DNA from: Azolla caroliniana
Lineage: Eukaryota > Plantae > Polypodiophyta
Assembly: GCA_043228905.1 (NCBI GenBank)
Contig: JBHGNT010000018.1
Location: 12,958,001 to 13,022,000, forward strand
Direction: 5' to 3'
Length of the DNA: 64,000 nt
The position numbers and the translations under genes were made by a program. The notes under the pieces are model-generated. The model searched no databases. It had not been told where the DNA came from and saw only the letters and a list, made by a program, of their open reading frames with translations. Shown one piece after another: positions 24,201-38,388 of the stretch (position 1 is its first letter; each line of letters begins with the position of its first letter).

Positions 24201-27060
24201 CAGCCCACTTAGTCGGAATGAGATCAGACTCTTATCTAGAGTACCAAAGTCTTCATATTCTACCTAGACCTCTTCAGGCTCACCAGCCTCATCTTCAAGA
24301 ATCGGGTTGGAGTCGATTGAGAGTAACATGATGCCGATTCATCAAACTCGACATCTCGGCTTACTCGGACCTGTTTAGTCTAGGGGTTATAACACTTATA
24401 CCCCTTTTTCTCATGCGAGTAACGGACTAGGATGCACTTCTCTTACTTCGGATCCAGCCTCTTCTGCTTCTCATCTGGTACATGCACATATGTTATGCTA
24501 CCGAAGATCTGAAGGTGCCTCAAATTCGGCTTCCAATCGAAATACAGCTCGTGTGCTGACACCTTGTCATCGATCCGGTTTTGGATGTAGACGACCGTAT
24601 AGACTGCCTCAGCCCAGTAAAATTTGGGCATGCTCTTCTCCTCTAGCATTTCCCTTGCCACGTCGACAATCGAACGGTTCTTTCTTTCGGCCACACTGTT
24701 TTGTTTCGATGTATATCAACAGCTGAATTGTCTCTGAATTCCTTTTTGCTATAGATAACTATTGAATTGGCCGGAAAAGTATTCTTTTCCACCATCCGAC
24801 CGCAGGCACTTTATCTTCCTCTCCGTTTGCCTTTTGACTAAGCTTTGAAGGTTCCGGAAACAATCGAAGACTTTGCTTCGTTTCTTGAAGAGGTAGATCC
24901 TCGTGTGTCGGCTGTAGTCGTCGACGAAGGAGACAAAATACTGACTCCCGCCAAGACTAACATTCTGTGTCGTTCCTAATACATCCGAAAGGATTAGGTC
25001 GAACTTGTTACGGCTCTGGTTTTGTTCGGTGGGGAATGGAAGCCGGTGTTGCTTCCCGAGTTGGCAGGCTTCACATATTTGGGCCTTCTAGTGACTAAAC
25101 TTTGGCAATCCGAACACAACCTGTTTCGATTGTAGATCTTGAAGCCTCTAGTAGTTGACGTGGCCGATCCGCTTATGCCAAAGATCGATGTCCGATTCAA
25201 TCTTCTATCCTTTGGCAAACATCGTTGTGCCAACGTCATTTGTGTTGAGGATGAACATCCTCCCTTCCTTGTGCCCTTGCACAATTACCTGACCTTCTTC
25301 CTCGATGAAGCACCCGAGGTGTGTAAACCGCACTTGCATTCCCTGGTCGATTATTTTGATAGTCGGAACGTGTAATACGTTCATCAACTTTTCCTTTTGT
25401 CCTACATGGCTTAAAGGGACTTCTCCGACATGCACAATTGGGTGAGGGGTGTCATCTCCGGTTTCGACGATTCCCGGTTGTTCCGGTTTCTCCAGAAACA
25501 AGAACCAGTCTTCGTGGCTCGTCATGTGGTTTGCCGCTCCGGAATCAACATACCATACTTCCTCCGATCCAGAAATGGTCTTCTTCATCGAGTTCGCCTT
25601 GTGCTTCATCACGAAGGCTGGCCCTTTTCTGATCTTCCCAGTTCTAGATCCTTCTGATCCTTCTGCAAGTGTGAGCTTTCCCAGTCCGACCTTGCCGGAT
25701 TCGGATTTATCCGAATCGGTGCACTTCTTCCAACACTCACTTTCTTTGTGGCCTTCCTTGTCATAGTACCAACACTGGCTTGACGATCTTTCCATGCCGG
25801 TTTCTGGCACTGGCTTGACTCCCCCTGCTTGTGGAGGGTCCAAAACACCTGTCGGCATCGTCTCTGTGCCTTCGGTTCTGTTCTTGTCAGCCGCCTCCGT
25901 GTACAACATCCAATTGTCCGATGGAGTGGTCCTCGACCCACTCCCATGGTTTTCTTCAACCATCAACATTGATTGTAAGTCGAAGAAGGATGGTGGTTTC
26001 TCGCGGGTGAAAATTGCCATCCGGATTGGCCCGTACCGTTGTGCTAGACCACCGAGACAGATCTAGACCATCTCGTCTTCGTCCACCCTCACATTGATGG
26101 GCCCGAGATCGTCACAAATCTCCTTTATCTTAGTGGTGTAGTCTGCAACCGACATATCTCTTTGCCGGATGTTGTTCAGCTCCTGTCGGAGCTGCAAGTT
26201 ACGGGATGTGGTACTCGCAGCGAAAATCTTCCGAAGATTTTACTAGGCCTTCTTCGGCAATTTTGCATCCTTGATGTAGCCAAGCATCTGATCATGCACA
26301 CCGGACACGAGGTAGCACAATACTCGGCTCGCTCCTTGCTCCCATGCCGGGAAGTCTTTGTGTGCCCGCCCCAGTGCTACCTCGTTGGTTCCTTCCATAT
26401 AGCTCCAATATCCATGCCCCAGCAGGTACTGGTGTATTTTATATGAACAGGATGCATAGTTGCTTTGGTCGAGTTTTTCTATCGGAAGTGAACTTGCCAT
26501 TCCTCTGTCCATCTTAGGTTCTCTTCTGTTCTTCACCGGGTGTTAGGGTTTGTCTTCACTACTCGCTTGTCGGCTGCAGAGGTTCTCAACTTTCGTGCTC
26601 TGATACCATGTGAAAGTTAGCACGCGGAAGAGTATGCTAAACTAGCTCTGCCGGATAGTAACAATAAAGAGAAGAGGGTTTAATAGAAGCTTAACACAGA
26701 GAATAAGCATACACAGGAGAGACAGAGAGAGAGAGCATAACATAAAACTCTATTCTAAAATAATAATCCTCTGTGTACATAGAATATGCTCAGAGAGCAC
26801 ATTTATACAAGTCCATAAAGGACTGACAGAAGTACTGATAGGTACTTCAATGCTCATACGAGCAACTGTCACTGACTCCCAAAAATATGCATGCCTACTA
26901 GGCTGGATCCATAGGCCTCTAACGGCCTACTGGTTTCAATCTGATCCAGCTCCGGGTTCCGAATATCATCCGGACACTGATCCGGTTCTCCGTTCCGGAT
27001 ATCGATATGGCTCTAGCTTATTCAACTGATCCGGATCCGGTTCAGCTTGCTCACTCAACA
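21291..27060 (-). mobile_element. Full-length degenerate Ty1/copia family B, copy B1
   Basis: LTRs 26609-27060 and 21291-21696; PBS 26597-26608; PPT 21697-21705; imperfect TSD GCGCT/ATGCT; RT LYVDDL and SLYGLKQ; RH RTKHIEVHYHF. Confidence 0.92.
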
Positions 27061-27206
27061 ATGCTCTTCTTCCAACACTTGCTCTCCTCGTGGCCTTTCT
27101 TGCCCCAATACTAGCAGTCCGTTGCGGGCTTTCTTTGTAGGTTCCCAACGCTGGCTTGTCTCCCCCTGCTTTCAGAGGGTTTGAAACGATTGTCGGCATT
27201 CCGATT

Positions 27207-27909
27207 TGTTGGGAGACAGGTCCCTCCGGATGGGAAGGGAGAAGAACAGTGCCGATGAACAATCTCGGCCGAGGCCGAAACCGGATGAGTAGTACCCGGC
27301 TACGGAGAGTCGGATGGTGCAGACCCGGTATGAACCGGATGAGTAGTACCCGGCTACGGAGAGCCGGATGGTGCTGACCCGATATGAACTGGATGAGGAG
27401 TACCCGGCTACGGAGAGCCGGATGGTGCAGACCCGGTATGAACCGGATGAAGAGACATATTCGTAAATATGTTTCTGAGAGTCCATCGAGGCTATATTTG
27501 TAAATAGCCGAAAAGTCATATTAGTATAAATATGACTTAGGGCAAACTTTTAATTGTGGGTTGTTGTTGTCATTCCTGTTTTGCACGAGATTTGAGCGTG
27601 TAACAGTGTACAGAGAGAGAGAGAGAGAGAGAAAGAGGTCGTTGCCTCTATTGTAACCGCAGCCTGTGGCGAAGATCTGTGAGCACGAAGTCGTTGCCTC
27701 AGTGAACTCACTATTGTACATTCTTACATAGTGACAGTTTGCAACCTGTGGGTTGCCGTGGTTTTTTTTCCCTAGTTTGGGGTTTTCCACGTAAACCTCC
27801 TGTGTATCTTCCTCTTCTTTGTGTCGTGTTTTATTTCCCATTTTCTGTGTATCATTCTAAGCTCGATTGTGGCCGAGCGTTGTGCATTAGGAACGACCAG
27901 TTCCCGTCA
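27207..27909 (+). mobile_element. Solo LTR, copia family A, about 3 copies of the 54-bp unit
   Basis: TGTTGGG...CCCGTCA termini; TSD CGATT at 27202-27206 and 27910-27914; homologous to 3806-4760. Confidence 0.92.
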
Positions 27910-28643
27910 CGATTATGCCTTCAATTTTGCTCCTGTCGGCCACCTCCATTGCATGCCAATCCGCCTCGTCAACCACGACCACAGGGCCTATCTTCCTCCG
28001 TGTACAACATCTTGTTGTCGGTGTGAATACTCGTTGACGCACCCTCTTGGTTCTCTTCAACGAGTAGCATCAACTGCAACTCAAAGAATGACGACATATT
28101 CTCTCTCCTGTAGATGGCCATTCGGAATGATCCGAACTTACATGCCAGCCCCCCTAGACAGACCTGCACCATTTCATCGTCCTCGACGGTCACGTTGATG
28201 GAGGTGAGGAAGTCGTAGATGTCGTTGATTCGGGTTGTATAATCAGCCACAAACAAGTCTTTCCATTAGACATTGCTGAGCTCTTGCCGGAGCTACAACT
28301 TCCTGGCCATTGTGCTTGCCGCAAAAACCTTCTTCAGGTTTGTCCAATCATCTTTGGGCGTCTTCGCATCCTGAATGTAGCCGAGTAGCTGATCACCAAC
28401 GCTAGACGCGAAGCAGTACATTACTCTCCTTGGCGCTTGCTCCCAGGCTGGTAAATCCCTATGCGTTGTGTCCGGCATTGCATCATTCGCTCCTTCGACA
28501 AAACTCCCGTAACCGTGTCCAAGCAGGTATTGGTGTATCTTGTATTACAAAGATGTGTAGTTGCTTTTGTCGAGCTTCTCTGTCGGAAGGAGCATCCCAT
28601 ACCTCTATCCATTTCTCTTCTAATTTCAAAAAATAAAGAAAAC

Positions 28644-31600
28644 TGTTGGGAAATTGGTCCCTTCGGATGGGATCCGGTTATGAATGGAGAGAACTCGGTG
28701 AGAACCAGAAGAGATCCGAAAACTAGATCGGTGGACTCGGTGAGAACCGGAAGAGAAGACATATTTGTACATATGTTTTGAGTAACCTATTGAGGCTATA
28801 TTTGTAAATAGCCCTAAGTATGAATATGACTTAGGGCAATCACTTTATGTGTGTGAGAGAGTGTTGTAGTCATATTGTTGTTGAGATAACTGTTGTATAG
28901 AGAGAGAGAGAGAGAGATACAGAGCGATACTCTGTTGTAACCACCGTTTGGCAAGGATACAAAGCTCGAGGTCGTTGCCTCCGAGTCTCTATTTTCTACC
29001 TTTCCTATATAGTGATGGTTTGGAGTCTGTGGGCTCCCGTGGTTTGTCCCTGTTAGGGTTTTTCCCACGTAAACACTATGTGTATACTTTATCGTTCTTT
29101 GTGTGTGTAAGTGCGTGCACTCCCTTCTTTTCATTTCTGTGTTTTGATTTCCATCCAAGTGATTCAAGACTCGGTTGTGGTCAAGCAATATTCCGCTATT
29201 TTCTTCACATACTGGTATCAGAGCGCAACAACACAGGAAATGGAAGAATTGTTCGGCGGCATTTTCAAGCTCACCGGCTCCAACTACTCGGTGTGGAAGT
29301 CGAAGATGAGGGATATGCTAGTAGTTAAAGATCTTTGGTTGCCAGTTCAGTTCGGGGACAAGAGATCGGATAAGATCTACGCCATAGTGTGGGAGGTGAT
29401 GCACATGAAGACGACGGCATACATCCGGTGCTTCATCAACATGAGCGTGTACAACAACTTCAATGAAGAAAGTAAGGCTCATGAACTATGGGAGAAGATC
29501 GACATTATGTTCTAGAACAAGAATGGTGTTAATCAGGTTTCAGTGTTCCAGAAGCTAGTGAGGCTCCGGTACCAAGACAACTCTAGTATGGTGGAGCACA
29601 TGAATTCCTTCTAGGGACTGATCCACCAGGCAACCTCGTTGGAAGTACCTCTTGCTGATTAGGTACTCGCATTACTCCTGCTCGGTTCCCTCCCGGATAG
29701 TTGGGAGAGGCTAGTTGTTACGTTGGGCAACGCCAGGCCGGAAGGAAAGCAGTTGTCCCTAGCAAGGGTAAAATCAAGCTTGCTAGATGAAGAGGCTCTC
29801 CAGAAGAACCGGGAGTCTGGAACAGATCCGAAGGCCTTGGTCACGGAAGATGACCACAACCGGGGAAGAGGGCGGTATCAGAATCCCCAAAAGCGGGACA
29901 AATCGGGGACGAGGTCGAAGTCAAGGGAGAAGCCTACTTGCTTTTACTGTGGGAAGTCGTGGCATTTCCAGAAGAATTGTCGGCATTTCTGGAAAGAGAA
30001 AGAAACCGGCATCACTGATTCGAAGAAGAGTTCAAACTGAAACGGTTCGGACCGGAGAGGCCTAGATCGGAAAGGAACGTTGGCGATCGCGACAAGTGAA
30101 GAAGAATTGATGCTCATTACCGAGGAAAATGAGTTAAACCTTGTCGGCGATGAGACAACGTGGGTTGTCGATTCCAGAGCGTCGTTCCATCTGACACCGG
30201 ACCGGAAATGCTTCACATCCGACATAGCCGGTGATCATGGTTGTGTTCGAATGGGGAATGAAGGAACATGCCCAATTATCGGCATAGGAGATGTGTTGTT
30301 GATGACATCAACTGGATGCAAGTTGTTGTTGAAGGATGTCCGACACGTTCCAGAGGTTCGATTGAACCTGATATTAGCCGGTCGGCTAGATGATGAAGGC
30401 TACATGGGTAGCATCCGGAACGAAGTCATGAAGTTCAGCAAAGGGAGCCTAATAGTGGCTCGAGCCCGGAAGGTCAACACACTATACTTGATGCATGCCC
30501 AGATATGCTGGGAAGAAGTGAACATAGCATCTGACATTGTCGGTGAGCTATGGCACAAGAGATTGTGTCATATGAGCTAGAAGGGGATGAAGAGACTTGC
30601 CGAAGACAATCTCATTCCGGTAAAGGACATGCAACTTGAGAAGTGCACTGATTGCTTGGCCGGCAATCAAAACCGAACCTGCTTCCAGTCAAGACCACCG
30701 ATCAGACGGAATGCACCACTGGAGCTGGTGCATACCGATGTGTGTCAAGTGGACATGAAGTCACATGCCGGATCCCAGTACTTCGTGACATTCATAGATG
30801 ATCACAGCCGGAAGTTGTGCGCCTCATCGTTGAAGATGAAGGATCAAATGCTATCCGTCTTCAAGGAACTCCAGGCGAGAGTGGAAAGAGAAACCGGCTG
30901 GAAGCTGAAGGTGGTTCGAGCAGATAACGAAGGAGAATAGTGAGGGCAGTTCGAGGAGTATTGCCGGTCGAAGGGAATCCTGCTCGAATTTACCATGCCA
31001 AAGATGCCGAAACTAAACAGGTTGGCCGAAAGGATGAACCGGACCATAATGGAGAGAATCTGGAGCATGCTCACACATGCCAAGTTACCCAAGACGTTTT
31101 GAGCAAGGGCGTTGACAACAACGACCTATGTGATAAACAGATCACCCTCGTACCCTTGGAAGGAGACTCACCTCAGGAAGTATGGACCGGTAAGGACATA
31201 TCCTATCGGCATCTAAAGGCGTTCGGATGTCTCACTTACATGCATGTGGCGAAGGACAAGAGAGCAAAGTTGGATCCGAAGTCCCGACATGCATATTCCT
31301 TGGATACGGTGATGATGAGTTCGGTTACCGGGTGTGGGATATGGTCGACAAGAAGGTGTTTTAGAGTCGGGACATAGTCTTAATGGAAGACAGGACCATT
31401 GTCGACTGGAAGTCGGAGAAGAAGGTGATGAACTCCAGATCATCCAATTAAAAAAGGCTTGAGGACACAAGGACTTACCCGGTTGAAAACCGGATGTTAG
31501 CCGGTAACTGGATGACACTCGACGAACTGGCCGGATACGAACAAGAAACTGAACCGACCGAAGAAGAAGAAGACATCGGAACTAGACAAGATCCAGAATC

Positions 31601-33828
31601 AGATTCGGATGAGGAACAAATGGAGGAAGCGGTGGTCAGAAACTAGGGATGGAGATATCCTCTCCGAGAGAGAAGAGCCCCACAGAGATTTCCAGATGCA
31701 GAGCATGTGTTGCTAACCGATGAGGGGGAGCTGGAAAGCTTTGAAGAAGCAAAGAGAGACGCCCATAGCCACAAGTGGTTGAGTGCCATGCAGGACGAGA
31801 TGGATTCCATGCATGAGAACCACACTTATGAACTGACGGAGTTTCCGAAAGGGAAGAGAGCACTCCAGAACAAGTGGGTGTACAAGCTGAAACCAGGAGA
31901 CGTCGGAAATCCACCAAGGTACAAAGCCCGGATCGTGGTGAAGAGCTTGCAACTGAAGAAAGGAGTGGACTTCGATGAGATCTTTGCCCTTGTAGTAAAA
32001 AGGGCATCCATCCGAACGGTATTGAGAATAGTGGCAAGCATGGACCTCAAGGCAGAGCAGCTGGACGTGAAGACGACAATCCTACATGGCGACCTCGAAG
32101 AAGAGATCTACATGCATCAACCGGAAGGATTTGAGAAGAAAGGGAAGGAGCACCTGGTGTGCCAACTGAAGAAGAGCTTATACGGATTGAAGCAAGCCCC
32201 CCGGCAATGGTACCAGAAGTTCGACTCCTTCATGACCGATCAAGGGTACCACAAGACGTAGGCCGATCACTGCGTGTTTGTGAAGAAATTTGACAGAGGA
32301 GATTTCCTGATACTCCTCCTATATGTGGATGATATGATGATTGTCGAACGAGACCAAGGCAAGATTCGGATGCTGAAGAAGGCTCTGAACCGAACTTTCT
32401 ATTGGGTCTAGCAAGACAGATATTGGGAATGCACATCATCTGGGACCAGTCAAAGAAGCTATTGTGGTTGTCATAGGAGAAGTACGTGACAAAGGTGCTT
32501 CAATGGTTCAACATGTGGGAGGCGAAACCGGTCAGATCGACACTTCCGGAAAATTGCAAGCTATCCGGAAAACAAAGCCCAAGGATAAAGGTGGATAAGA
32601 CAAATATGATGAAGATTCCATATGCCTCTGCTGTCTAAAGTTTGATGTATGCAATGGTATGTACCCGGCCGGATATCGGATATGCAGTGGGAGTGGTAAG
32701 CCGGTTCATGAGCAATCCCAAAAGAGAGCATTGTAACGCGGTCAAGTGGATACACCGGTATTTAAAAGGCACCTCGAGTATGTGCCTCCAGTTCGGCTCC
32801 GGTAATCCCCAACTTGACGGATTCACAGATTCGGATATGTCGGCTGATGCGGATACCGGCTGGTCTACATCCGGATATGTCATGACTTATGTAGGGGGAG
32901 TTGTTTCGTGGCAGTCGAGGCTACAGAAGAAGGTTGCGTTGTCAACCACGGAGGCGGAGTACATGGCAGTTGTAGAAGCCGGCAAGGAGATAATTTGGAT
33001 GAAGGACTTCATCAGAGAGATAGGGATCCAACATGAGGAATACCAGCTCTACTGCGATAGTCATAGTGCCATCCACCTTGCAAAGAACGAGGCCTACCAC
33101 TCTTGGATGAAACATATCCAGTGGAGGTACCACTTGATCCGGGAGAGAGTAGAAGATCAAGAGTTCATGCTGACGAAAATCCACACGGAGGAGAACAGGT
33201 CAGATATGTTGACCAAGGTGTTGACAACCGACAAGCTAAACGCGTGTCGAAAGCGGATCAGGCTGGTGAGACATCCCATGCCAAGTGCAAAGGGGGAGAT
33301 TGTTGGGAAATCGGTCCCTCCGGATGGGATCAGTTATGAATGAAGAGGACCCGGTGAGAACCGGAAGAGAAGACATATTTGTACATATGTTTTGAGTAAG
33401 CCTATTGAGGCTATATTTGTAAATAGCCCTAAGTTCATATAAGTATAAATATGAATTAGGGCAATCACTTTACGTGTGTGAAAGAGTGTTGTAGTCATAT
33501 TGTTGTTGACATAACTGTTGTATAGAGAGAGAGAGAGAGAGAGAGATAGTTTGTTGTAACTGCCGATTGGCGAAGATATAAACCTCGAGGTCGTTGCCTC
33601 CGAGTCTCTGTTTTGTACCTTTCCTACATAGTGATAGTTCGGAGTCTATGGGCTCCCGTGGGTTTTCCCTATTAGGGTTTTTTCCACATAAACACTCTGT
33701 GTATACTCTATCATTCTTTGTGTGTGTAAGTGCGCTCACTCCCTACTTCCCATTTCTGTGTTTTGATTTCCATCCAAGTGATTCAAGACTCGGCTGTGGT
33801 CGAGCAATATTCCACTATTTTCTTCACA
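28644..33828 (+). mobile_element. Full-length degenerate Ty1/copia family A, copy A2
   Basis: LTRs 28644-29209 and 33301-33828; TSD AAAAC; PBS 29213-29224; PPT AAGGGGGAG before 33301; gag-PR-INT-RT-RH 29240-~33290 with many stops. Confidence 0.95.
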
Positions 33829-34347
33829 AAAACTTCCTTGGCTCTGTGTTTGAATGTTCTTGTTAACAGAAGAGGATGCTCTAACCCTCACGTTCTGCTA
33901 GCATGCAAAGATTACGACGTCTAAGCTAAACACAAACCACAACTGGCTTAGTCGGATACCAATGGAAAACGCAGAGAATGGAATACACATAGTAGGTGAG
34001 AGATAGACAGACAAACAACAAAAATTTGATTTCAAAACAATACGCTTTGTTCTGTACATCGAATGTGCTTAGAGAGCACCTTTATACAAGTCCTTAAAAG
34101 GACTGACACAAGTACTGTCAGTACTTGAATGCTCACAAAGGAGCTCCTACACTAACTCCCAAATTTATTCCTTCGCGGAATATCTTTCCAACAGCCTTCC
34201 AGCTCCCACTGATCTGGTCTACTAATCGGTTTCTATCCGATCTGGCTCCCAACTTCAGCCAATCCGCGCCTAACTGACCAGTCCAGTTCGGTCTAGTTCT
34301 CAGCTTCCTCAGTCGATCCAGCCCAAGTTGAGCTTGCTTGCTCAACA

Positions 34348-35305
34348 AGATTCAACATGCTCACAAAGAACCTACCTATGGATAGACTCAGAGTCTATCG
34401 ACAGAAGACAAAACTAGCCGACTCTGGCCATAGGAGTGAAGGGGGAGTTTGTTAGGAATTTGTCCCTCCTATGGGAGAAGTTGACAGTCGAAGTCTATGG
34501 GAGAAGTCTACAGCCGAACAGAGACAATCCAAACATTGGATGGTCGAGCGGATCAACCAGCAAGTCGAGAGGGTGGTCGAATAGATTAGAGGAAATGGTA
34601 GTCGATTGTATCAAATGGATAATCTAAGTTGAAGACAAGGTTGACAAGATGGGCCGAGTGGATAGTCAACGAAGGAGTCAGCTAGTCAAATCGACCGAAC
34701 TGTCGACTTGAGAGTCGGACAATTGAGTCAATCAATCAGCTAATTAATGACTATTATTATTATTATTGTCTAATAATAATAATGATAACATGTCCCTATC
34801 TATAAACAGGAAGAGCTAGGGCAAACTAGTGTGTATAGAAGATATCAAAGTGTTGCATAGAGCTTCTATACTAGGTGTATTAGAGGGGAGGAAGGGGCAC
34901 GAGAGAGATCATTTGTGGCAGCACAATTCAACGGAACTTGCAAGGAACCCTAACTGGGTATTCTCTGAGTTAGTATAGAGTGGTAATCTGTTCTTTTCTC
35001 CCTGTACATCTGTTCACATAGTGGAATATATGTTCCCCATGGTTTTCGCCTATTTAGGGTATCCATGTAAAACTTGTGTAATGTGTATATCTTGTTGATT
35101 TGTTGTTTACTATTTCCACGTTGTACATTTCAATCTACTTTTCTCATAGATCTACGGTAGATCTATGTTCCCCATGGTTTTCGCCTGTTTAGGGTGTCCA
35201 TGTAAAACTTGTGTAATTTGTATATCTTCTTGATTTGTTGTTTTCTATTTCCACGTTGTACATTTCAATCTACTTTTCTCATAGATCTACGGTCCATTTC
35301 TATCA
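34348..35305 (+). mobile_element. 3' end and 3' LTR (34450-35305) of another copia element
   Basis: NMLTK remnant; PPT AAGGGGGAG; TGTTAGG...CTATCA; internal tandem duplication of about 135 bp (35029-35160 / 35164-35292). Confidence 0.75.
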
Positions 35306-35890
35306 GATGCAACAGATGATGACAATCCTTAGGCAATCTCATAAAACTCACAGTTAAAACTAAAAAATCATGTTGGGTCTCTCTCAAGGGATCAAAATCA
35401 TGTTATCATTCCTGAAATTTAACCCATGCGCCTCGTATATCAACAAATTTCATAGCAAGTAATACCTGGATAGATGCCTCATCTTGAAACTCCACATAGT
35501 AATAGCCTCTTCCAAGGAACTGCACATCTTCAATACAACCAATTTCTGCCTGCAATCGAGCTTGTAGCAAGTGCCTCAACTCTTAGCGATTTGGCCGGAG
35601 ACCTACGACTTGTATGATTAAAGAAAATTGTTGCAATCGGTGGATCTCTTATTTCATTTGTAAATCTTCTTGTCGTGATAACTAAAGCTCGACCATCAGC
35701 CCCACAATAGCAAACTTAGAAGAACATAGATCATGGCTGAGAGAACAACAACGGCCCAAGCAACTACGACAGTGGGATGTTCCCACGAATCGCGTCCCGA
35801 TTTTCCTCGACTCAAATTAATCTAGATACAATGGCCATATGAAGTCTATGTGAGGGTATGTGTTTTATTTATAGTTGGATTAGTACCTTG

Positions 35891-36304
35891 TGTCATGAAT
35901 AGTCCTAAAACATAGAGAGAATTAGTACTAGAGAAGGGAAGTACTATTAGTACTAAGAGGATGGACTGCGTAAGACTCACGAGAGAGAGATAGTGAAGGC
36001 GAGAGAGAGAGAGAGAGAGAGAGGATGATGATAACAGATGATATATTATGTGAAGAGTAAGTATAAAATAGTTATGAGGCTTAAGACTAGCGTTGAACCA
36101 ATTTGGTTCGAAATAATGCCTTGTGCCTCTTTTTATAGTGTTCTCAAGAATACTCTTGAAGCTTCTAGAATGTTCCAGAGAAATCTAGAATATACAATAA
36201 TTTTCTATAGTAAAACTTGAATGAAAATAATAGATAATGTAATGGTCAAGAGCTCGACCTATATAACATAAAGTTATGGGTTCGAGTCTTGCCATATCAT
36301 GACA
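35891..36304 (-). mobile_element. Solo LTR, probably chromovirus type
   Basis: Perfect 8-bp terminal inverted repeat TGTCATGA...TCATGACA; near-TSD CCTTG/CCTTA; TCTAGA-rich U3 and TATAAAA as in the 13619 LTR. Confidence 0.75.
36235..36298 (+). promoter_or_regulatory. tRNA-derived A-box/B-box cassette in the solo LTR
   Basis: TAATGTAATGG at 36235 and GGTTCGAGTC at 36279. Confidence 0.6.
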
Positions 36305-36379
36305 CCTTAGGGTTCAGAACTTCAAGAATGCACAACTATGACAACAATAAAAGTGGTCCAGTACATTGTGGCAAGTGAT

Positions 36380-36610
36380 GCACACAAGAAACCATTGTGG
36401 CTTTTTTTACTATTTGATCATCATGGGGGAGACAGGACATGATCCTATTCCTTTGAGTGATAATCAAAGTACAATTGCAGTACCTAGAATCGAATATGCC
36501 ATTGAAGTTCCGTACCATGTCATTTCGAATTATATATTGAAAAAGTATTAGATTACTTTAAGCAAAGTCGATACAACTCAAAATGTGATTGATGCACTCA
36601 GTACTTTGTC
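36380..36610 (+). pseudogene. Highly decayed copia RNase H remnant
   Basis: SDNQSTIA...IEVPYH resembles the copia RH motif CDNQSAIA...HIEVRYH. Confidence 0.45.
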
Positions 36611-37657
36611 TACCAATCATTGTAAGTTACAATTCATTAAGAGTAGATCAACAATAATAATGCTTGTAGTTGTAGGTCACTATTGTTGTAACGAGCCAAC
36701 AATACTTGACCATCATTGATAATGGTAGATGACCGTTGAATGGACAAGCAATCCTAGAGGAAGACTCCTATTTAGGAACCTATATACCATTTTATGTAGA
36801 TATATATGTTCATGTTCAAAACTCTTGGCTATTTATGGTATTTGGTAGGGGATTGTTGTAATTAGAGAGCATTATGGGAAAGACCAAGTGGGTTTGGTTG
36901 GTGTGAGGCCTCCTAGTTCATGTGTTTAAAAGCTAGAGAGTTAGGTCTTTGAGAAAAGGGTGAGAGATTCATTGTTTTTTATAACTTTGTATTAATATCT
37001 TGTTTATGCTAAATACCTCTTTAAGGTCTTCATTATATAAAGCTTAAGGATTGATAACTTGAATTGCAGGAGGTCTTCATTGTATAAAGGCCGAAATACT
37101 CAAACAAATGAGAAAGAAAGCACATGTATAAATAAGTGATTTATTTGTTTAATCATCATTGCAACGTAGAATGCTTTGCTATAGGAGTACAAATTGAGTC
37201 ATTTCTCTATATCAAGGTGGAGATGTAATAATGTAAAGAATTATTAAGAAATCATGGTCGACTAACTTATAACAACATATAAAGGGCTCACATTCATTAG
37301 AATCTTTATTTCAACATCAACATGTGCCTTAAACGCATAGGCCCATTGCGTGAGATTTATATCTTCTCTTTATATTGCTCCAATAAAGAAAGTCTCTCCC
37401 TCCCTCCCTCCCTCCCTCCCTCTCTCTTTGTTTCAATTTTCTACTTCTCTTGGATCAATAGATTAAGTATCGTAATTTCTCATACCTTACATCTTGGATT
37501 CATGCATGATACAAAAAAGAAGTGTAGGAAACAAAAGAAAAGTAATACCAAATGTAGCCAAGTCTTAATGTAATTCTTACGAAGGCCCACAACAATAGAG
37601 AGATAATATGTATTACTTTTTATGCCAAATTATTATGGGCCCATCAAATAGATATGT

Positions 37658-38250
37658 TCATTTTGTATTAGTACCCTTTGTTGTTGATATGTATTGGAAC
37701 CTAGGAGAAGGGGATACATTATTTAGTTGAAGATTGGAAGAGATAAGGACAAACCATTGGGAGGTAGGGTCATCATCTTTCCCGCAATCTATTCCATCAT
37801 CTAAAACACAAATACATTTCCTCGTGGTCACTAAAGGAGGATTGCTCCCATCAAGACATAGCAACGCTCCACTGGCTGTGTTGTTGGATTGGGAATCGTC
37901 TTCGATATCCATATCATCCTTCATTATGTCATTCATATCAATGTTGTTGTGTCGAATCCTCGTTGCTAGCTGGAGCTTCGCAATGGACACCATGTCCCAA
38001 GCTCCATTCCTTTCGGTGCCAACAGTTTCGAACTTTGCCGGTTGTCCCTCCCCATCGGCTGCGATGCAAAGGTAGCTATTGACCACCTCAAGGCGGCCCT
38101 CTGTGGTGTGTTGCATGTGTGTAGTGTGATTAGGTGTGCATGGCCCGAGGACAACTGTATTGACAACACCTTTTTGCACACAAAGCCCCGTGCTAGGGTG
38201 AAACAATATGTGGTAATCTCGAGAAGATTGGCCCGACTTTGTCTTGTAAC
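37658..38250 (-). CDS. GH5 glycoside hydrolase exon 2 (ricin-B-like C-terminal domain)
   Basis: Acceptor TAG ending at 38251; G|GT TAC AAG joins in frame; ILFHPSTGLCV, LCLDG, CIC and QWF motifs typical of plant GH5 C-termini. Confidence 0.85.
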
Positions 38251-38388
38251 CTAGTATGCCCAAGGTTGGATAAAAAGGAGTAATGATGAGACACTTTCAA
38301 AGAATATGAATAACATATATATAATGGGAAGGTACTATTGTGGTAACATGTATAATGTGATGCATTGGATAGATTCATGTATATATAC

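Larger units (their letters stand above)
20058..34347 (-). mobile_element. Ty1/copia family B, copy B2, split by three nested insertions
   Basis: 5' LTR ~33904-34347; gag 27915-28610; knuckle CWKKS (27061-27206) rejoins ADTDKSES at 21290; protease WYVDSGASNH; integrase KCLRSDGGKEY to 20058. Confidence 0.8.

Noticed and set aside
34450-35310. Possible 3' LTR partner of the copia starting at 3806 (flanks GATTC/GATGC)
   Set aside because: The two LTR sequences differ substantially and the gypsy host does not resume after 35305.
35330-35890. Possible old copia coding remnant
   Set aside because: Too decayed to assign by eye.
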